A stretch of 64,000 bases of DNA. Origin: a virus. Of this stretch, positions 49,205 through 56,920 are shown one piece after another. Under the pieces are notes generated by a model. It worked only from the letters and a program-made list of their open reading frames with translations, was not told the DNA's origin and ran no database searches. Position numbers and translations under genes: made by a program. Every line of letters begins with the position of its first letter. The stretch's first letter is position 1. Location: the IMG/VR virus record IMGVR_UViG_3300025597_000012. One strand, given 5' to 3'.

Positions 49205-49741
49205 TTAACTTCCTAACTCATTGTCTAACAGACGTAAAGCTATTTTATCTGTACCAAAGGCAGCTAATCTATCCATAAGATTTTGAGTCTTTTCATGCTC
49301 TTCTATTTGTTCTTGTAAATATTTCATACCTAAAGTATAGAGCATAAAATCTGCTTCTTTTAAAGCATTAGCTGTCAATTCTTTACATTGCTTAGTTATA
49401 TCAATTTCATGTTGATAAGACTGTTTAATTATATCCGGTAAACCTGCAAATGTTTGTTTAGGTGAGTCTAGTTTTGGAGTTTCAGGTTGAACACCCATAG
49501 CTAAGAGATACTCTCTAGACCATTCTGCGTGTTTTAGCTCTTCCTCTGAATATTTTCTCCAAAGCTTTGCTGAACCTAGATAACCATTATTATTTAACCA
49601 CAGACTCATGGCTAAATATAGACGAGAAGAAAGCTCCTCTTGTTGGATTCTATTATTTAAAAATTGAACACATTTATTAGATAATAGTTCATTTTTACCT
49701 GTAAGGGAAATAGAATCTGTAGTTTTAAAATTAAGTTCCAT
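49205..49741 (-). CDS. ftn: Ferritin (non-haem, ferroxidase-type)
   Basis: Spacing of conserved E/H residues and overall motif pattern align with bacterial FtnA (…EELSSRLYLAMSLW…EEELKHAEW…QHEIDIT…EQIEEHEK…). Confidence 0.75.
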   Translation of the reverse strand: MELNFKTTDSISLTGKNELLSNKCVQFLNNRIQQEELSSRLYLAMSLWLNNNGYLGSAKLWRKYSEEELKHAEWSREYLLAMGVQPETPKLDSPKQTFAGLPDIIKQSYQHEIDITKQCKELTANALKEADFMLYTLGMKYLQEQIEEHEKTQNLMDRLAAFGTDKIALRLLDNELGS

Positions 49742-49753
49742 TAAAAATTTTTC

Positions 49754-49785
49754 ACAAATATAACACTTTTTTGTGAAATTACCAA
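49754..49785 (-). promoter_or_regulatory. Promoter TTTG-N20-TATATTTG for ferritin (predicted TSS about 6 nt before the ATG)
   Basis: Same extended consensus as above. Confidence 0.55.
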
Positions 49786-49790
49786 ATTTG

Positions 49791-49875
49791 TGAGAGTGGC
49801 TGGAGTCGAACCAGCACCCTTGCGGGACTACAGTTTTACAGACTGCTCCACCTAACCGATAGGTAGCTCACTCTC
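49791..49875 (-). tRNA. tRNA-Tyr (GTA), type II
   Basis: Anticodon arm GCAGT-CTGTAAA-ACTGT; variable arm TCCC-GCAA-GGGT. Confidence 0.8.
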
Positions 49876-49881
49876 AAATAG

Positions 49882-49967
49882 CGGAAACGAAAGGACTCGA
49901 ACCTTCAACCCAAATTAACGAGTAACGGTTTAGCAAACCGCTGCAGTACCATTATGCTTACGCTTCC
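49882..49967 (-). tRNA. tRNA-Ser (GCT), type II
   Basis: Anticodon loop TTGCTAA; long variable arm; acceptor GGAAGCG/CGTTTCC. Confidence 0.7.
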
Positions 49968-49972
49968 AATAG

Positions 49973-50056
49973 CGGTAGAGACAGGAATCGAACCTGTACG
50001 GCTATTACACCTTCATGGTTTTCAAGACCAATAAGCCCTCTCATTTGCGCTCTACC
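49973..50056 (-). tRNA. tRNA-Ser (TGA), type II
   Basis: Anticodon loop CTTGAAA; 84 nt; acceptor GGTAGAG/CTCTACC. Confidence 0.7.
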
Positions 50057-50062
50057 AATATG

Positions 50063-50148
50063 TACTCCTGACTGGACTCGAACCAGCACGTCCATTTCTG
50101 GACAAGGGATTTTAAGTCCCTCGTGTCTACCAATTCCACCACAGGAGC
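50063..50148 (-). tRNA. tRNA-Leu (TAA), type II
   Basis: D-arm GTG-GAATTGGTAGA-CAC; anticodon arm AGGGA-CTTAAAA-TCCCT. Confidence 0.8.
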
Positions 50149-50153
50149 ATATG

Positions 50154-50237
50154 TAGCCTCGGAGAGACTCGAACTCTCACGTCCTTACGGACACTAGCTC
50201 CTAAGGCTAGCGCGTCTACCAATTCCGCCACAAGGCC
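50154..50237 (-). tRNA. tRNA-Leu (TAG), type II
   Basis: D-arm GCG-GAATTGGTAGA-CGC; anticodon arm CTAGC-CTTAGGA-GCTAG. Confidence 0.8.
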
Positions 50238-50238
50238 A

Positions 50239-50269
50239 ATAAAAAACCCCGACTATTGCTCGCCGGGGT
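50239..50269 (-). terminator. Intrinsic terminator (7-bp GC stem then U6AUU) 2 nt upstream of tRNA-Leu(TAG); attenuator terminator of array B
   Basis: Hairpin plus T-run on the minus strand. Confidence 0.7.
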
Positions 50270-50300
50270 TTGAGGTTAAAGACCGTAGTCTAAAACAAGT

Positions 50301-50369
50301 TTACATAGTATTCCCAGCTCGATTTTTACTCGATAAACTGAGGGAATAATATGTGTTGTTTGTCTTCAT
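50301..50369 (-). CDS. Leader peptide MKTNNTYYSLSLSSKNRAGNTM (22 aa) of tRNA array B
   Basis: ATG 11 nt from the predicted TSS. Eight consecutive codons TAT TAT TCC CTC AGT TTA TCG AGT cover all five downstream tRNAs: Tyr-GTA, Ser-TGA, Leu-TAG, Ser-GCT, Leu-TAA. Confidence 0.6.
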   Translation of the reverse strand: MKTNNTYYSLSLSSKNRAGNTM

Positions 50370-50386
50370 TGCGTTTGAAAGGAATA

Positions 50387-50418
50387 CAAATATACGAAAA
50401 ATATTTGAAACTACCAAA
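50387..50418 (-). promoter_or_regulatory. Promoter TTTG-N20-TATATTTG for the array B leader
   Basis: Extended consensus copy. Confidence 0.55.
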
Positions 50419-50424
50419 TTTTTA

Positions 50425-52368
50425 TTAATAAATATTTATTGCTAGTTTTTCTTTAAATAACTGCTTTTGGTAAAAGCGTTGTTTTAAAAATGAATATCTA
50501 TCGTAAGATTTGTTAATATCATATAATAAATTAGCTAATAAAGAGTTACCAACAGAAGCTATAAAAGTATTTATTTTTTGAAATAACGCTCTGAAATACA
50601 AGATATTAGTTTCTCTTGTAGGAAGGTGAATCTTTACTGATTTAGGTACTCTTACTGGCGGTGCTTCATTTACTGTTACCTGAACAGTATCTGTTCCTAC
50701 TGCACCATTGTTATCAGTAACTGTTAATGTAAATGTATATATTCCGGCTGCTAAACCGCTAACTATAGTAGTTGGTGAAGTAGGTGTTTCTATTAAATGT
50801 GCTGTAGGCCCACTTGTTTTTGTCCAATTATAAGAAGAAATAGTGCCATCTGTATCAGTCCCGCTACCATTTAAAGTTGCACTATTAGCAGGAAGAGTTA
50901 TAATTTTATCTTCTCCTGCATTTGCAACTGGGGCTATATTTTGTGCAGCAATTACAGTAATTATTACATTAGAACTGCCTGTTGCACCGTTATTATCAGT
51001 AACTGTAAGTCTAAAAGTATATATACCTGTAGATAAAGCACTTACAACCGTTGATGCGGAATTAGGTGATTGTATAGTAGCATTTGTAGGGCCACTAACT
51101 TGAGTCCAAGCATATGAAGAAATAGTCCCATCACTATCCGAACCGGTTCCGTTTAAAGTCACAGAACTTGCTGGTGCTTGTATAGATTGATTATTTCCTG
51201 CATTTGCAGTGGGTGGGGTATTTCCAACACAATTTGTTGTATATACTATTCCCGGTGTAACATCTATATCCGATGGAGAATTATCTGCTAATTTTGTATT
51301 TCCACAAATTATATTATCTGTGTTATATCTATTTGGATAATTTCCTCCATTATCATCAACACTAATATCAAAAGTTTGAAGAGAACCGCGAGAACCTGTT
51401 CTATTATTCTTGATAATAAATGTAGTATTCTCTACAGGAATTGTATTTCTTGGAGAAACAATAATAGCCCAAGGCCATACAAGACTATGGTCTAAACCAT
51501 CTCTTGTAGCTGAAGCAGGAAGAAATCCACTATGATTAATAGTATTATTTTCAATTCTTACATAAGTTCCTCCAAGTGAAGCAATACCCCAAACATAAGT
51601 ATAATCAATATTATTATCATGAATATACACTTTTGAATAAAGTCCTATATTAATACCGTTACCTTGACCATCACTAATTTCAAGACCTGCATTAGTAATT
51701 GTATTATTATAAATTTCACTTATACCAAGTTCAGCATCAGAAAGTTGAATAGCGGCACGACCTGTTTTATCAAATATGTTATGGTGAATTTTAAAATTAC
51801 CAAGGCGTGTCGGTTTATATTGTCCTTGAGTTGCAGGCACTCCATTACAAACAATAGGATTTCTATCTAACCAAAGAGCATTAGGGTCTGTAGAACCACA
51901 GTACATACCTTCGTATGTAATATTTCTTACTCTACAGTGATGAACTTCAATATTATTTATATACCAGTTAGGATATTGTAATGATGGGTCACAACTAGCT
52001 TCATTTTTAATCCAAAAACCAAAGGCTCCACCATCTATATCTATGTTAGAAACTTCTATATCAGAAACTCTTCCATGTAAAGAACATCCTGTTGAAACAA
52101 AACCATAGGTATCTGCTGAACCAGTTCCTAAAATTTTAATATGTGTACAATGTTCAATATCAAATGATACTTGAACTTGTCCGCCTTCATTTATAATGGT
52201 GATAGGCTGGTCAGCAGTACCATGTACTTCTGCCATATAAAAATAACTTCTAGGATTATCTGAAGCTCTAAGTACAATAGTATCTCCCGGATTAAAAATA
52301 CCCGGACTATTGATACCATTAAACATGTAACCGTTGTCTCCCTGTTTACCGGGATAATGTATTGCCAT
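50425..52368 (-). CDS. Tailspike/depolymerase candidate: right-handed beta-helix (NNTI/HDNNI repeats) with two C-terminal PKD/Ig-like repeats
   Basis: …IYNNTITNAGLEISDGQGNGINIG…IHDNNIDYT…IENNTINHSG… and duplicated …NAG(N/E)…TLNG(T/S)G(S/T)D(S/T)DGTISSY.WT.(V/T)SGP… segments. Confidence 0.7.
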   Translation of the reverse strand: MAIHYPGKQGDNGYMFNGINSPGIFNPGDTIVLRASDNPRSYFYMAEVHGTADQPITIINEGGQVQVSFDIEHCTHIKILGTGSADTYGFVSTGCSLHGRVSDIEVSNIDIDGGAFGFWIKNEASCDPSLQYPNWYINNIEVHHCRVRNITYEGMYCGSTDPNALWLDRNPIVCNGVPATQGQYKPTRLGNFKIHHNIFDKTGRAAIQLSDAELGISEIYNNTITNAGLEISDGQGNGINIGLYSKVYIHDNNIDYTYVWGIASLGGTYVRIENNTINHSGFLPASATRDGLDHSLVWPWAIIVSPRNTIPVENTTFIIKNNRTGSRGSLQTFDISVDDNGGNYPNRYNTDNIICGNTKLADNSPSDIDVTPGIVYTTNCVGNTPPTANAGNNQSIQAPASSVTLNGTGSDSDGTISSYAWTQVSGPTNATIQSPNSASTVVSALSTGIYTFRLTVTDNNGATGSSNVIITVIAAQNIAPVANAGEDKIITLPANSATLNGSGTDTDGTISSYNWTKTSGPTAHLIETPTSPTTIVSGLAAGIYTFTLTVTDNNGAVGTDTVQVTVNEAPPVRVPKSVKIHLPTRETNILYFRALFQKINTFIASVGNSLLANLLYDINKSYDRYSFLKQRFYQKQLFKEKLAINIY

Positions 52369-52378
52369 TTATTTTAAT

Positions 52379-52780
52379 TTAGGATATTACTTTAGTTGTT
52401 GAATCACTATAGGTTATAGTGACTATTTTTGTATCAAAATCTACTACTACATCATCTATTACTCTAGTAACAGTTACTTTTACACTATCTGAACTAGTTG
52501 CTCCTTTGTTATCAGTAGCAGTTAATTTAAACGTATAACTACCTAAAAGAAGTCCTGTAATTGTAGGAGTAAGGGTATTTTGTCCTGTAATTGTACAAGT
52601 ACCTCCGCTAGTTTTAGTCCAAACTACTGAAGAAATAGTACCATCAGGGTCTGTGGCAGTTCCAGTTAGAACTATTTGATTATTAGGAAGTTGTACTATT
52701 TTATCAACTCCTGCATTTACTATAGGTACTTTATTTATTGCCATATTTACAAATATACAAAAAAAAAACCATATTGCCAA
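52379..52780 (-). CDS. Ig-like/PKD-domain protein
   Basis: VNAGVDKIVQLPNN…GTATDPDGTISSVVWTKTSG… is paralogous to the tailspike C-terminal repeats. Confidence 0.5.
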   Translation of the reverse strand: MAIWFFFCIFVNMAINKVPIVNAGVDKIVQLPNNQIVLTGTATDPDGTISSVVWTKTSGGTCTITGQNTLTPTITGLLLGSYTFKLTATDNKGATSSDSVKVTVTRVIDDVVVDFDTKIVTITYSDSTTKVIS

Positions 52781-52784
52781 ATTT

Positions 52785-53243
52785 CTAGTTTCGGCAAATA
52801 TGGTCTGCTGCTTTTGAAGCTATCATCTCGTCTGGTTTTACTAAAACATTATATCCTAGTGATTTAACCCAACCGGTAATAGCTGGAACAAGATTTGTTG
52901 ATTTTGTTATTTTTGCATTATTATAATCGAACTCAAGGGCTTCAAATTGGACTGGAACTTCTGCATTTATAGTTTGAGCTGTATCTATTGTTATTTCAGC
53001 TTCCTTCCATAAACGGCTAAAAGTATCCCTTATCCTAGGGATTCTTTGCTTTCTATATACAAAGTGTGCTCCCCTAAGTCCATATCTGAACACAACCGCC
53101 GTAGCGTAAACTGTATTCGACCCGTAATTCTGTGAGTCAGTAGCTATGTAAATCTTTAGGTTTGGATTCTGCTGTATTTGTTCTACAACGTGTTCCACTA
53201 TGTTTACTAACTTTCCTTCCTCTGTCCGAAAGTATTTGTCCAT
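52785..53243 (-). CDS. Hypothetical protein (weak RNase H-like KIYIATDSQ…ATAVVF pattern)
   Basis: ORF; the motif match is only weakly suggestive. Confidence 0.45.
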   Translation of the reverse strand: MDKYFRTEEGKLVNIVEHVVEQIQQNPNLKIYIATDSQNYGSNTVYATAVVFRYGLRGAHFVYRKQRIPRIRDTFSRLWKEAEITIDTAQTINAEVPVQFEALEFDYNNAKITKSTNLVPAITGWVKSLGYNVLVKPDEMIASKAADHICRN

Positions 53244-53255
53244 TGGTTTTATTTG

Positions 53256-53331
53256 TGGAATCTATGGGCATCGAACCCATCTGGTATTCTGCTTGCAAGG
53301 CAGACGACCACTCCAAGCAGTCCCAGACCCC
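53256..53331 (-). tRNA. tRNA-Ala (TGC)
   Basis: Anticodon arm TCTGC-CTTGCAA-GCAGA; acceptor GGGGTCT/AGATTCC with G3:U70; unusual G8. Confidence 0.65.
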
Positions 53332-53335
53332 AAAT

Positions 53336-53456
53336 GCGGGGGACTACGGCCCCCTAAAGATGTCTTATTAGGTTTCATCTCTGTCCCGGATTACGCTAGC
53401 GAGCTACCGGGGAAACCACGCTACATACTTTCGTAGAGGTTATGCGGGTTACACTG
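53336..53456 (-). ncRNA. Unresolved ~120-nt structured spacer between tRNA-Ala and tRNA-Ile; hairpin-rich but no canonical cloverleaf found
   Basis: GGGGG-CCGTAGT-CCCCC and TAGCG…CGCTA stems. Confidence 0.2.
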
Positions 53457-53529
53457 TGCTCACGCTAAGACTCGAACTTAGACTCTCTCGCGTATCAGGC
53501 GAGAGCTTTAACCATTAAGCTACATGAGC
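53457..53529 (-). tRNA. tRNA-Ile (GAT)
   Basis: Anticodon arm CTCGC-CTGATAC-GCGAG; T-arm CTAAG-TTCGAGT-CTTAG. Confidence 0.8.
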
Positions 53530-53581
53530 TGGAGAGGGACAGGTTATTTATACCTTCAAAGGACTCCCTCAGACCTCTTCG

Positions 53582-53654
53582 TACTCTCAAAGGGATTCGA
53601 ACCCTAAATTGCCTGTGTATAAGACAGGAGTTTTCACCGTTAAACTATGAGAGC
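53582..53654 (-). tRNA. tRNA-Ile (TAT) (AUA-decoding, or a modified-Met type)
   Basis: Anticodon arm CCTGT-CTTATAC-ACAGG; acceptor GCTCTCA/TGAGAGT. Confidence 0.55.
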
Positions 53655-53659
53655 AAGTA

Positions 53660-53740
53660 AAGAGAGTGGGATTAGATTTCCGGGGATTGACCCAACCTGT
53701 GTCCTAATCTTATTTATCCTTGTACGGAGGCACACTCTCT
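53660..53740 (-). ncRNA. tRNA-like element (~80 nt) with 7-bp terminal pairing AGAGAGT/ACTCTCT but no canonical T-loop
   Basis: Pairing of the two ends is seen; no cloverleaf could be built. Confidence 0.25.
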
Positions 53741-53801
53741 TTGAATGGTCGGGCGGATTGCTTCTTTCAGCCTCAGACATTAATTACAATGTTGCCCGAT
53801 G

Positions 53802-53874
53802 CGGTCTATCACGGATTCGAACCGAGACTACCGCATAGACAGTGCGGCGTGTTCAACCATTACACTAATAGACC
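53802..53874 (-). tRNA. tRNA-Asp (GTC)
   Basis: Anticodon arm CCGCA-CTGTCTA-TGCGG; acceptor GGTCTAT/ATAGACC; overlaps the 3' end of the upstream ORF by ~15 nt. Confidence 0.8.
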
Positions 53875-54504
53875 ATAAACTTTATCCATGTTTGTTTTTC
53901 CGTTGCCATGAATAATCAACGGCTGAGTACCAGTTTTTTTATTAATCAGGATTCCATGTCTGTACTCAAAGTCATCTTCTGATTCAAAAGCTACAGATTG
54001 AAATAAATCACAGTTGGTATCCAACTTCATGTTATATTTATCTCTGTGCTTCAGATAAATTTCTGCTAAGTTAACTTGGTCATTATCACTATGTTTTATT
54101 GGATAATCCTCAAACATCTTGATAAATAAATCTACATTAACAAAGCATGCACCACCATTCAGATATTTCCAATCACTTTTTACTTTAGGATATTTTTCTG
54201 CCCAATCTGAATAAGGCCAGCATCCTTTTTCTGCGTTAAATATAATAGAATCAATATCATCTATTCTATCTATTGCTTGTTGCATTGTACCCAAAACTAT
54301 GATGTCATAAGTGTCTAGGATAAACAAGTGAGTACAATCTGTTTGCTTTGCATAGTTATAAGCGTTAACCATTTTACTACCATAAGCTTTATAGGTATCA
54401 GTCAGAATATCATAATTCCAATCAAACCTATCAAGTGAATCTTTAAACTGTTTAAACCCTTCGTGGTTTAAGTTGGTTGCTGTTCCTATTACGTTTACTT
54501 TCAT
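53860..54504 (-). CDS. Hypothetical protein, possible glycosyltransferase-like
   Basis: ORF; weak resemblance only. Confidence 0.35.
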   Translation of the reverse strand: MKVNVIGTATNLNHEGFKQFKDSLDRFDWNYDILTDTYKAYGSKMVNAYNYAKQTDCTHLFILDTYDIIVLGTMQQAIDRIDDIDSIIFNAEKGCWPYSDWAEKYPKVKSDWKYLNGGACFVNVDLFIKMFEDYPIKHSDNDQVNLAEIYLKHRDKYNMKLDTNCDLFQSVAFESEDDFEYRHGILINKKTGTQPLIIHGNGKTNMDKVYGLLV

Positions 54505-55289
54505 TTGAATGGATTATAATAAATAGATATTGTATTATTCTTATAACCCTGAACGGTTTCGTGATAGGTTTTCCATTGTTCAGAAGCATGGTTTTCTTTC
54601 CATTTCTGGTATGGTGTTCCTCCTGTATCTATGTGTTCTATCTCTATATGAGGTAAGAATACACTTTTAAACCCTGATAGTCTTGCTCTTATAGACATAA
54701 GGACATCATCAAATCCGTATAAACTAGGTTGGTATAAATAACCTATTTTATCAAGTAAAGCTGCTGAGTGCATAACACAAGTACCCATCACATGATTTAC
54801 TTGTTCTACTACTACCCATTTTTCACCGGGCTGGTGTTGAAGCATTAGTAATTCTGACTTATAAAAATCAGTTCTATTTGGTGATTCCCAACAATCTTTT
54901 CTTTTCAAGCCCACCTGTCCAATAGTATTGTCACGGCGAAAAACTTCTTCCATCTGTTCTATCCAACCTGATTGATGTATTACTACATCATCATCAATTT
55001 TAACACAATTCTCTCCGGGTTTTCTTTCTTTCCATGCTAAATTAATAGCTTCAGCAGTTCCTAGATTTTTATCATTCCAGATAACTTTATCAATTACAGA
55101 AAAAATTCCATTTGATTCAGAAAAATCTTCTATTATTTCTTTTGTTCTAGTAGTATAGGAATTTACAGAAAGTATTAATCTGTGTGAATCCCAGTCAACT
55201 GTTTTTTCTAAAGAATCTAATGTTTTATAAAGATATGTATCTTTATCATTATCTTCAGTACAATAAACAGCCATTGCTATTAAAGCCAT
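54501..55289 (-). CDS. Glycosyltransferase family 2-like; start moved to the internal Met at 55289 because the track start (55331) lies inside tRNA-Glu
   Basis: …NDKNLGTAEAINLAWKE…CVKIDDDVVI… (DxD) and YGFDDVLMSIRARLSGFK. Confidence 0.55.
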   Translation of the reverse strand: MALIAMAVYCTEDNDKDTYLYKTLDSLEKTVDWDSHRLILSVNSYTTRTKEIIEDFSESNGIFSVIDKVIWNDKNLGTAEAINLAWKERKPGENCVKIDDDVVIHQSGWIEQMEEVFRRDNTIGQVGLKRKDCWESPNRTDFYKSELLMLQHQPGEKWVVVEQVNHVMGTCVMHSAALLDKIGYLYQPSLYGFDDVLMSIRARLSGFKSVFLPHIEIEHIDTGGTPYQKWKENHASEQWKTYHETVQGYKNNTISIYYNPFK

Positions 55290-55304
55290 TGGTTTTATTT
55301 TTAG

Positions 55305-55379
55305 TATTCTGGAAGGGACTCGAACCCTCACTGACCACAGTGAAAGTGTGGTGACTTATTCCAATTTGTCAACCAGAAC
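55305..55379 (-). tRNA. tRNA-Glu (TTC)
   Basis: Anticodon arm CCACA-CTTTCAC-TGTGG; acceptor GTTCTGG/CCAGAAT. Confidence 0.75.
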
Positions 55380-55459
55380 ATTTGCAGTTTAGTCGGCCTC
55401 TACTATACCTAGGCCGCAGAGAGTATAGACTCGTATTCCATCTACTGCAAAAAGGAATT

Positions 55460-55530
55460 GAGCGAGTAGTGGGAGTCAAACCCACGCCTTAACCTTGGAA
55501 GGGTCATATGCTATCGTAACACTTCACTCG
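55460..55530 (-). tRNA. tRNA-Gly (TCC)
   Basis: Anticodon arm TGACC-CTTCCAA-GGTTA; T-arm GTGGG-TTTGACT-CCCAC; the 5' end overlaps the HNH stop. Confidence 0.6.
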
Positions 55531-55942
55531 CTAATGCTTCTTTATAATGTAAATCTCTATGACAATTAGCACATAAAACTTTACATTTATTTATTTCTTC
55601 TTGTAATAGTTTTTTAGAACATTTTGTTACAAGTTGTGATACTTCTGAATCTTTTTCATTTGGATTTTTATGATGAAAATCTAAAACCCAATATCTACTA
55701 TCTCCACATGATTCACAAGATAAAGTACTTTTGTATTCAGAAAACCATTTTCTAAAGTCTTGTTTATACTTTACTGCTTTTTGAATATACTTTTCTTTAT
55801 TTTTTTCGTAATGCTTTTTTCTATATTCTTTTTGACAAGCTTTACAATTACTTTGATAAAGTAAATTTTTTCTATCTTTTCTTGTAGCAAACTCCGTTAA
55901 AGGAAGTTCTTTTTTACAAATTGTACATTTTTTAATTTTCAT
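55511..55942 (-). CDS. HNH homing endonuclease (leaderless; start at MKIKKCTICKK)
   Basis: CESCGDS…DFHHKNP…LCANCHRDLH; the predicted promoter places the TSS on the ATG, so the N-terminal extension in the ORF track is rejected. Confidence 0.7.
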   Translation of the reverse strand: MKIKKCTICKKELPLTEFATRKDRKNLLYQSNCKACQKEYRKKHYEKNKEKYIQKAVKYKQDFRKWFSEYKSTLSCESCGDSRYWVLDFHHKNPNEKDSEVSQLVTKCSKKLLQEEINKCKVLCANCHRDLHYKEALASEVLR

Positions 55943-55947
55943 ATATG

Positions 55948-55979
55948 TAAATATACGAAAAATAATTGATACTTCCAAA
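55948..55979 (-). promoter_or_regulatory. Promoter TTTG-N20-TATATTTA for the HNH endonuclease
   Basis: Extended consensus copy. Confidence 0.5.
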
Positions 55980-56001
55980 TTTTATTTTATTTGGAAGGAT
56001 G

Positions 56002-56073
56002 TTGCGTAGGCTGGATTCGAACCAGCGACCTAATGGTTATGAGCCATCCGAGCTACCTCTGCTCTACCACGCA
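56002..56073 (-). tRNA. tRNA-Met (CAT), elongator-like
   Basis: Anticodon arm GATGG-CTCATAA-CCATT; T-arm GCTGG-TTCGAAT-CCAGC. Confidence 0.8.
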
Positions 56074-56183
56074 ATTTATCCCCGGACTAGTGCGCCTTCC
56101 TCCGGGGGTGTTATTGCTTATCTTCTTCGTCAATAACTAAACCCTTTTGGGTCGGCCAACGGATACTATCCGCAGGGGGGGGG

Positions 56184-56396
56184 CTATCTTAATATCTTTA
56201 AACCGCTGGTAGCAGTCCAAAGAACATAATTGTTTTTCTTTACTTCACCCATTACTATTTTCTTTTCATAATTAGTAACTCGTGAAGTAGGAAGGGTAAC
56301 CAACCAGTGAATGAATTTTTCTCGTTCACCTTTGTATTTTTTAATACTGGCTATCCTACGGTATTCCTTACCGTCTTTTATGACTGTATCATTCAT
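56184..56396 (-). CDS. Small basic hypothetical protein
   Basis: ORF; its TAG stop directly abuts a G9 homopolymer. Confidence 0.35.
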   Translation of the reverse strand: MNDTVIKDGKEYRRIASIKKYKGEREKFIHWLVTLPTSRVTNYEKKIVMGEVKKNNYVLWTATSGLKILR

Positions 56397-56397
56397 G

Positions 56398-56472
56398 CGG
56401 GACAGGATGGACTCGAACCAACGACCTTAGAGTTAACAGCTCTCTGCTCTCGACCAACTGAGCTACAGTCCC
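56398..56472 (-). tRNA. tRNA-Asn (GTT)
   Basis: Anticodon loop CTGTTAA; D-arm GCTC..GAGC. Confidence 0.7.
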
Positions 56473-56513
56473 CTTTTGTATTTTTAACTCCACGCAGAAT
56501 ACTAACTGACCTG

Positions 56514-56587
56514 AAGCCCTGAAAGGAGTCGAACCTTCATCTAATAGTTTAGAAAACTATGACATTCATCCATTATGCTACAGGGCC
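56514..56587 (-). tRNA. tRNA-Arg (TCT)
   Basis: Anticodon arm ATAGT-TTTCTAA-ACTAT; acceptor GGCCCTG/CAGGGCT. Confidence 0.8.
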
Positions 56588-56590
56588 ATG

Positions 56591-56665
56591 TACATCTGGA
56601 ATGAGTCGAACATTCGGTCTCCGTCTTGTAAGGGCGGTGCTTTCAACCAACTAAGCTACAGATGC
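56591..56665 (-). tRNA. tRNA-Val (TAC)
   Basis: Anticodon loop CTTACAA; acceptor GCATCTG/CAGATGT. Confidence 0.75.
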
Positions 56666-56720
56666 AAATATAATACTTTATTTAAAGCTTACCAAATAAA
56701 GTATGTTAAAGTTTTGTTAG

Positions 56721-56791
56721 AGGACAAGATAGGAATCGAACCTACGCTGGAGGTGTTGCAGACCTCTGCCTTACCGCTTGGCTACTTGTCC
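56721..56791 (-). tRNA. tRNA-Cys (GCA)
   Basis: Anticodon arm GAGGT-CTGCAAC-ACCTC; acceptor GGACAAG/CTTGTCC. Confidence 0.8.
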
Positions 56792-56794
56792 ATG

Positions 56795-56868
56795 TGCTAC
56801 CGAAGGGACTCGAACCCATAACCTCCTGATTAAAAGTCAGAAGCTCTACACTATTGAGCTACGATAGC
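56795..56868 (-). tRNA. tRNA-Lys (TTT)
   Basis: Anticodon loop CTTTTAA; acceptor GCTATCG/CGGTAGC. Confidence 0.75.
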
Positions 56869-56871
56869 AAA

Positions 56872-56898
56872 TAAAAAACCCTCCTTTAAGGGGAGGGC
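56872..56898 (-). terminator. Intrinsic terminator (CCCUCC…GGAGGG then U6AUUU) 4 nt upstream of tRNA-Lys; attenuator terminator of array D
   Basis: Hairpin plus T-run. Confidence 0.7.
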
Positions 56899-56920
56899 TT
56901 CAGTAATATTCGTGGTTAAA

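Noticed and set aside
55289-55331. N-terminal 14 codons of the glycosyltransferase ORF, and the MEVSIIFRIFTY extension of the HNH ORF
   Set aside because: The extensions overlap tRNA-Glu, or lie upstream of the mapped promoter TSS. Internal Met starts were chosen.
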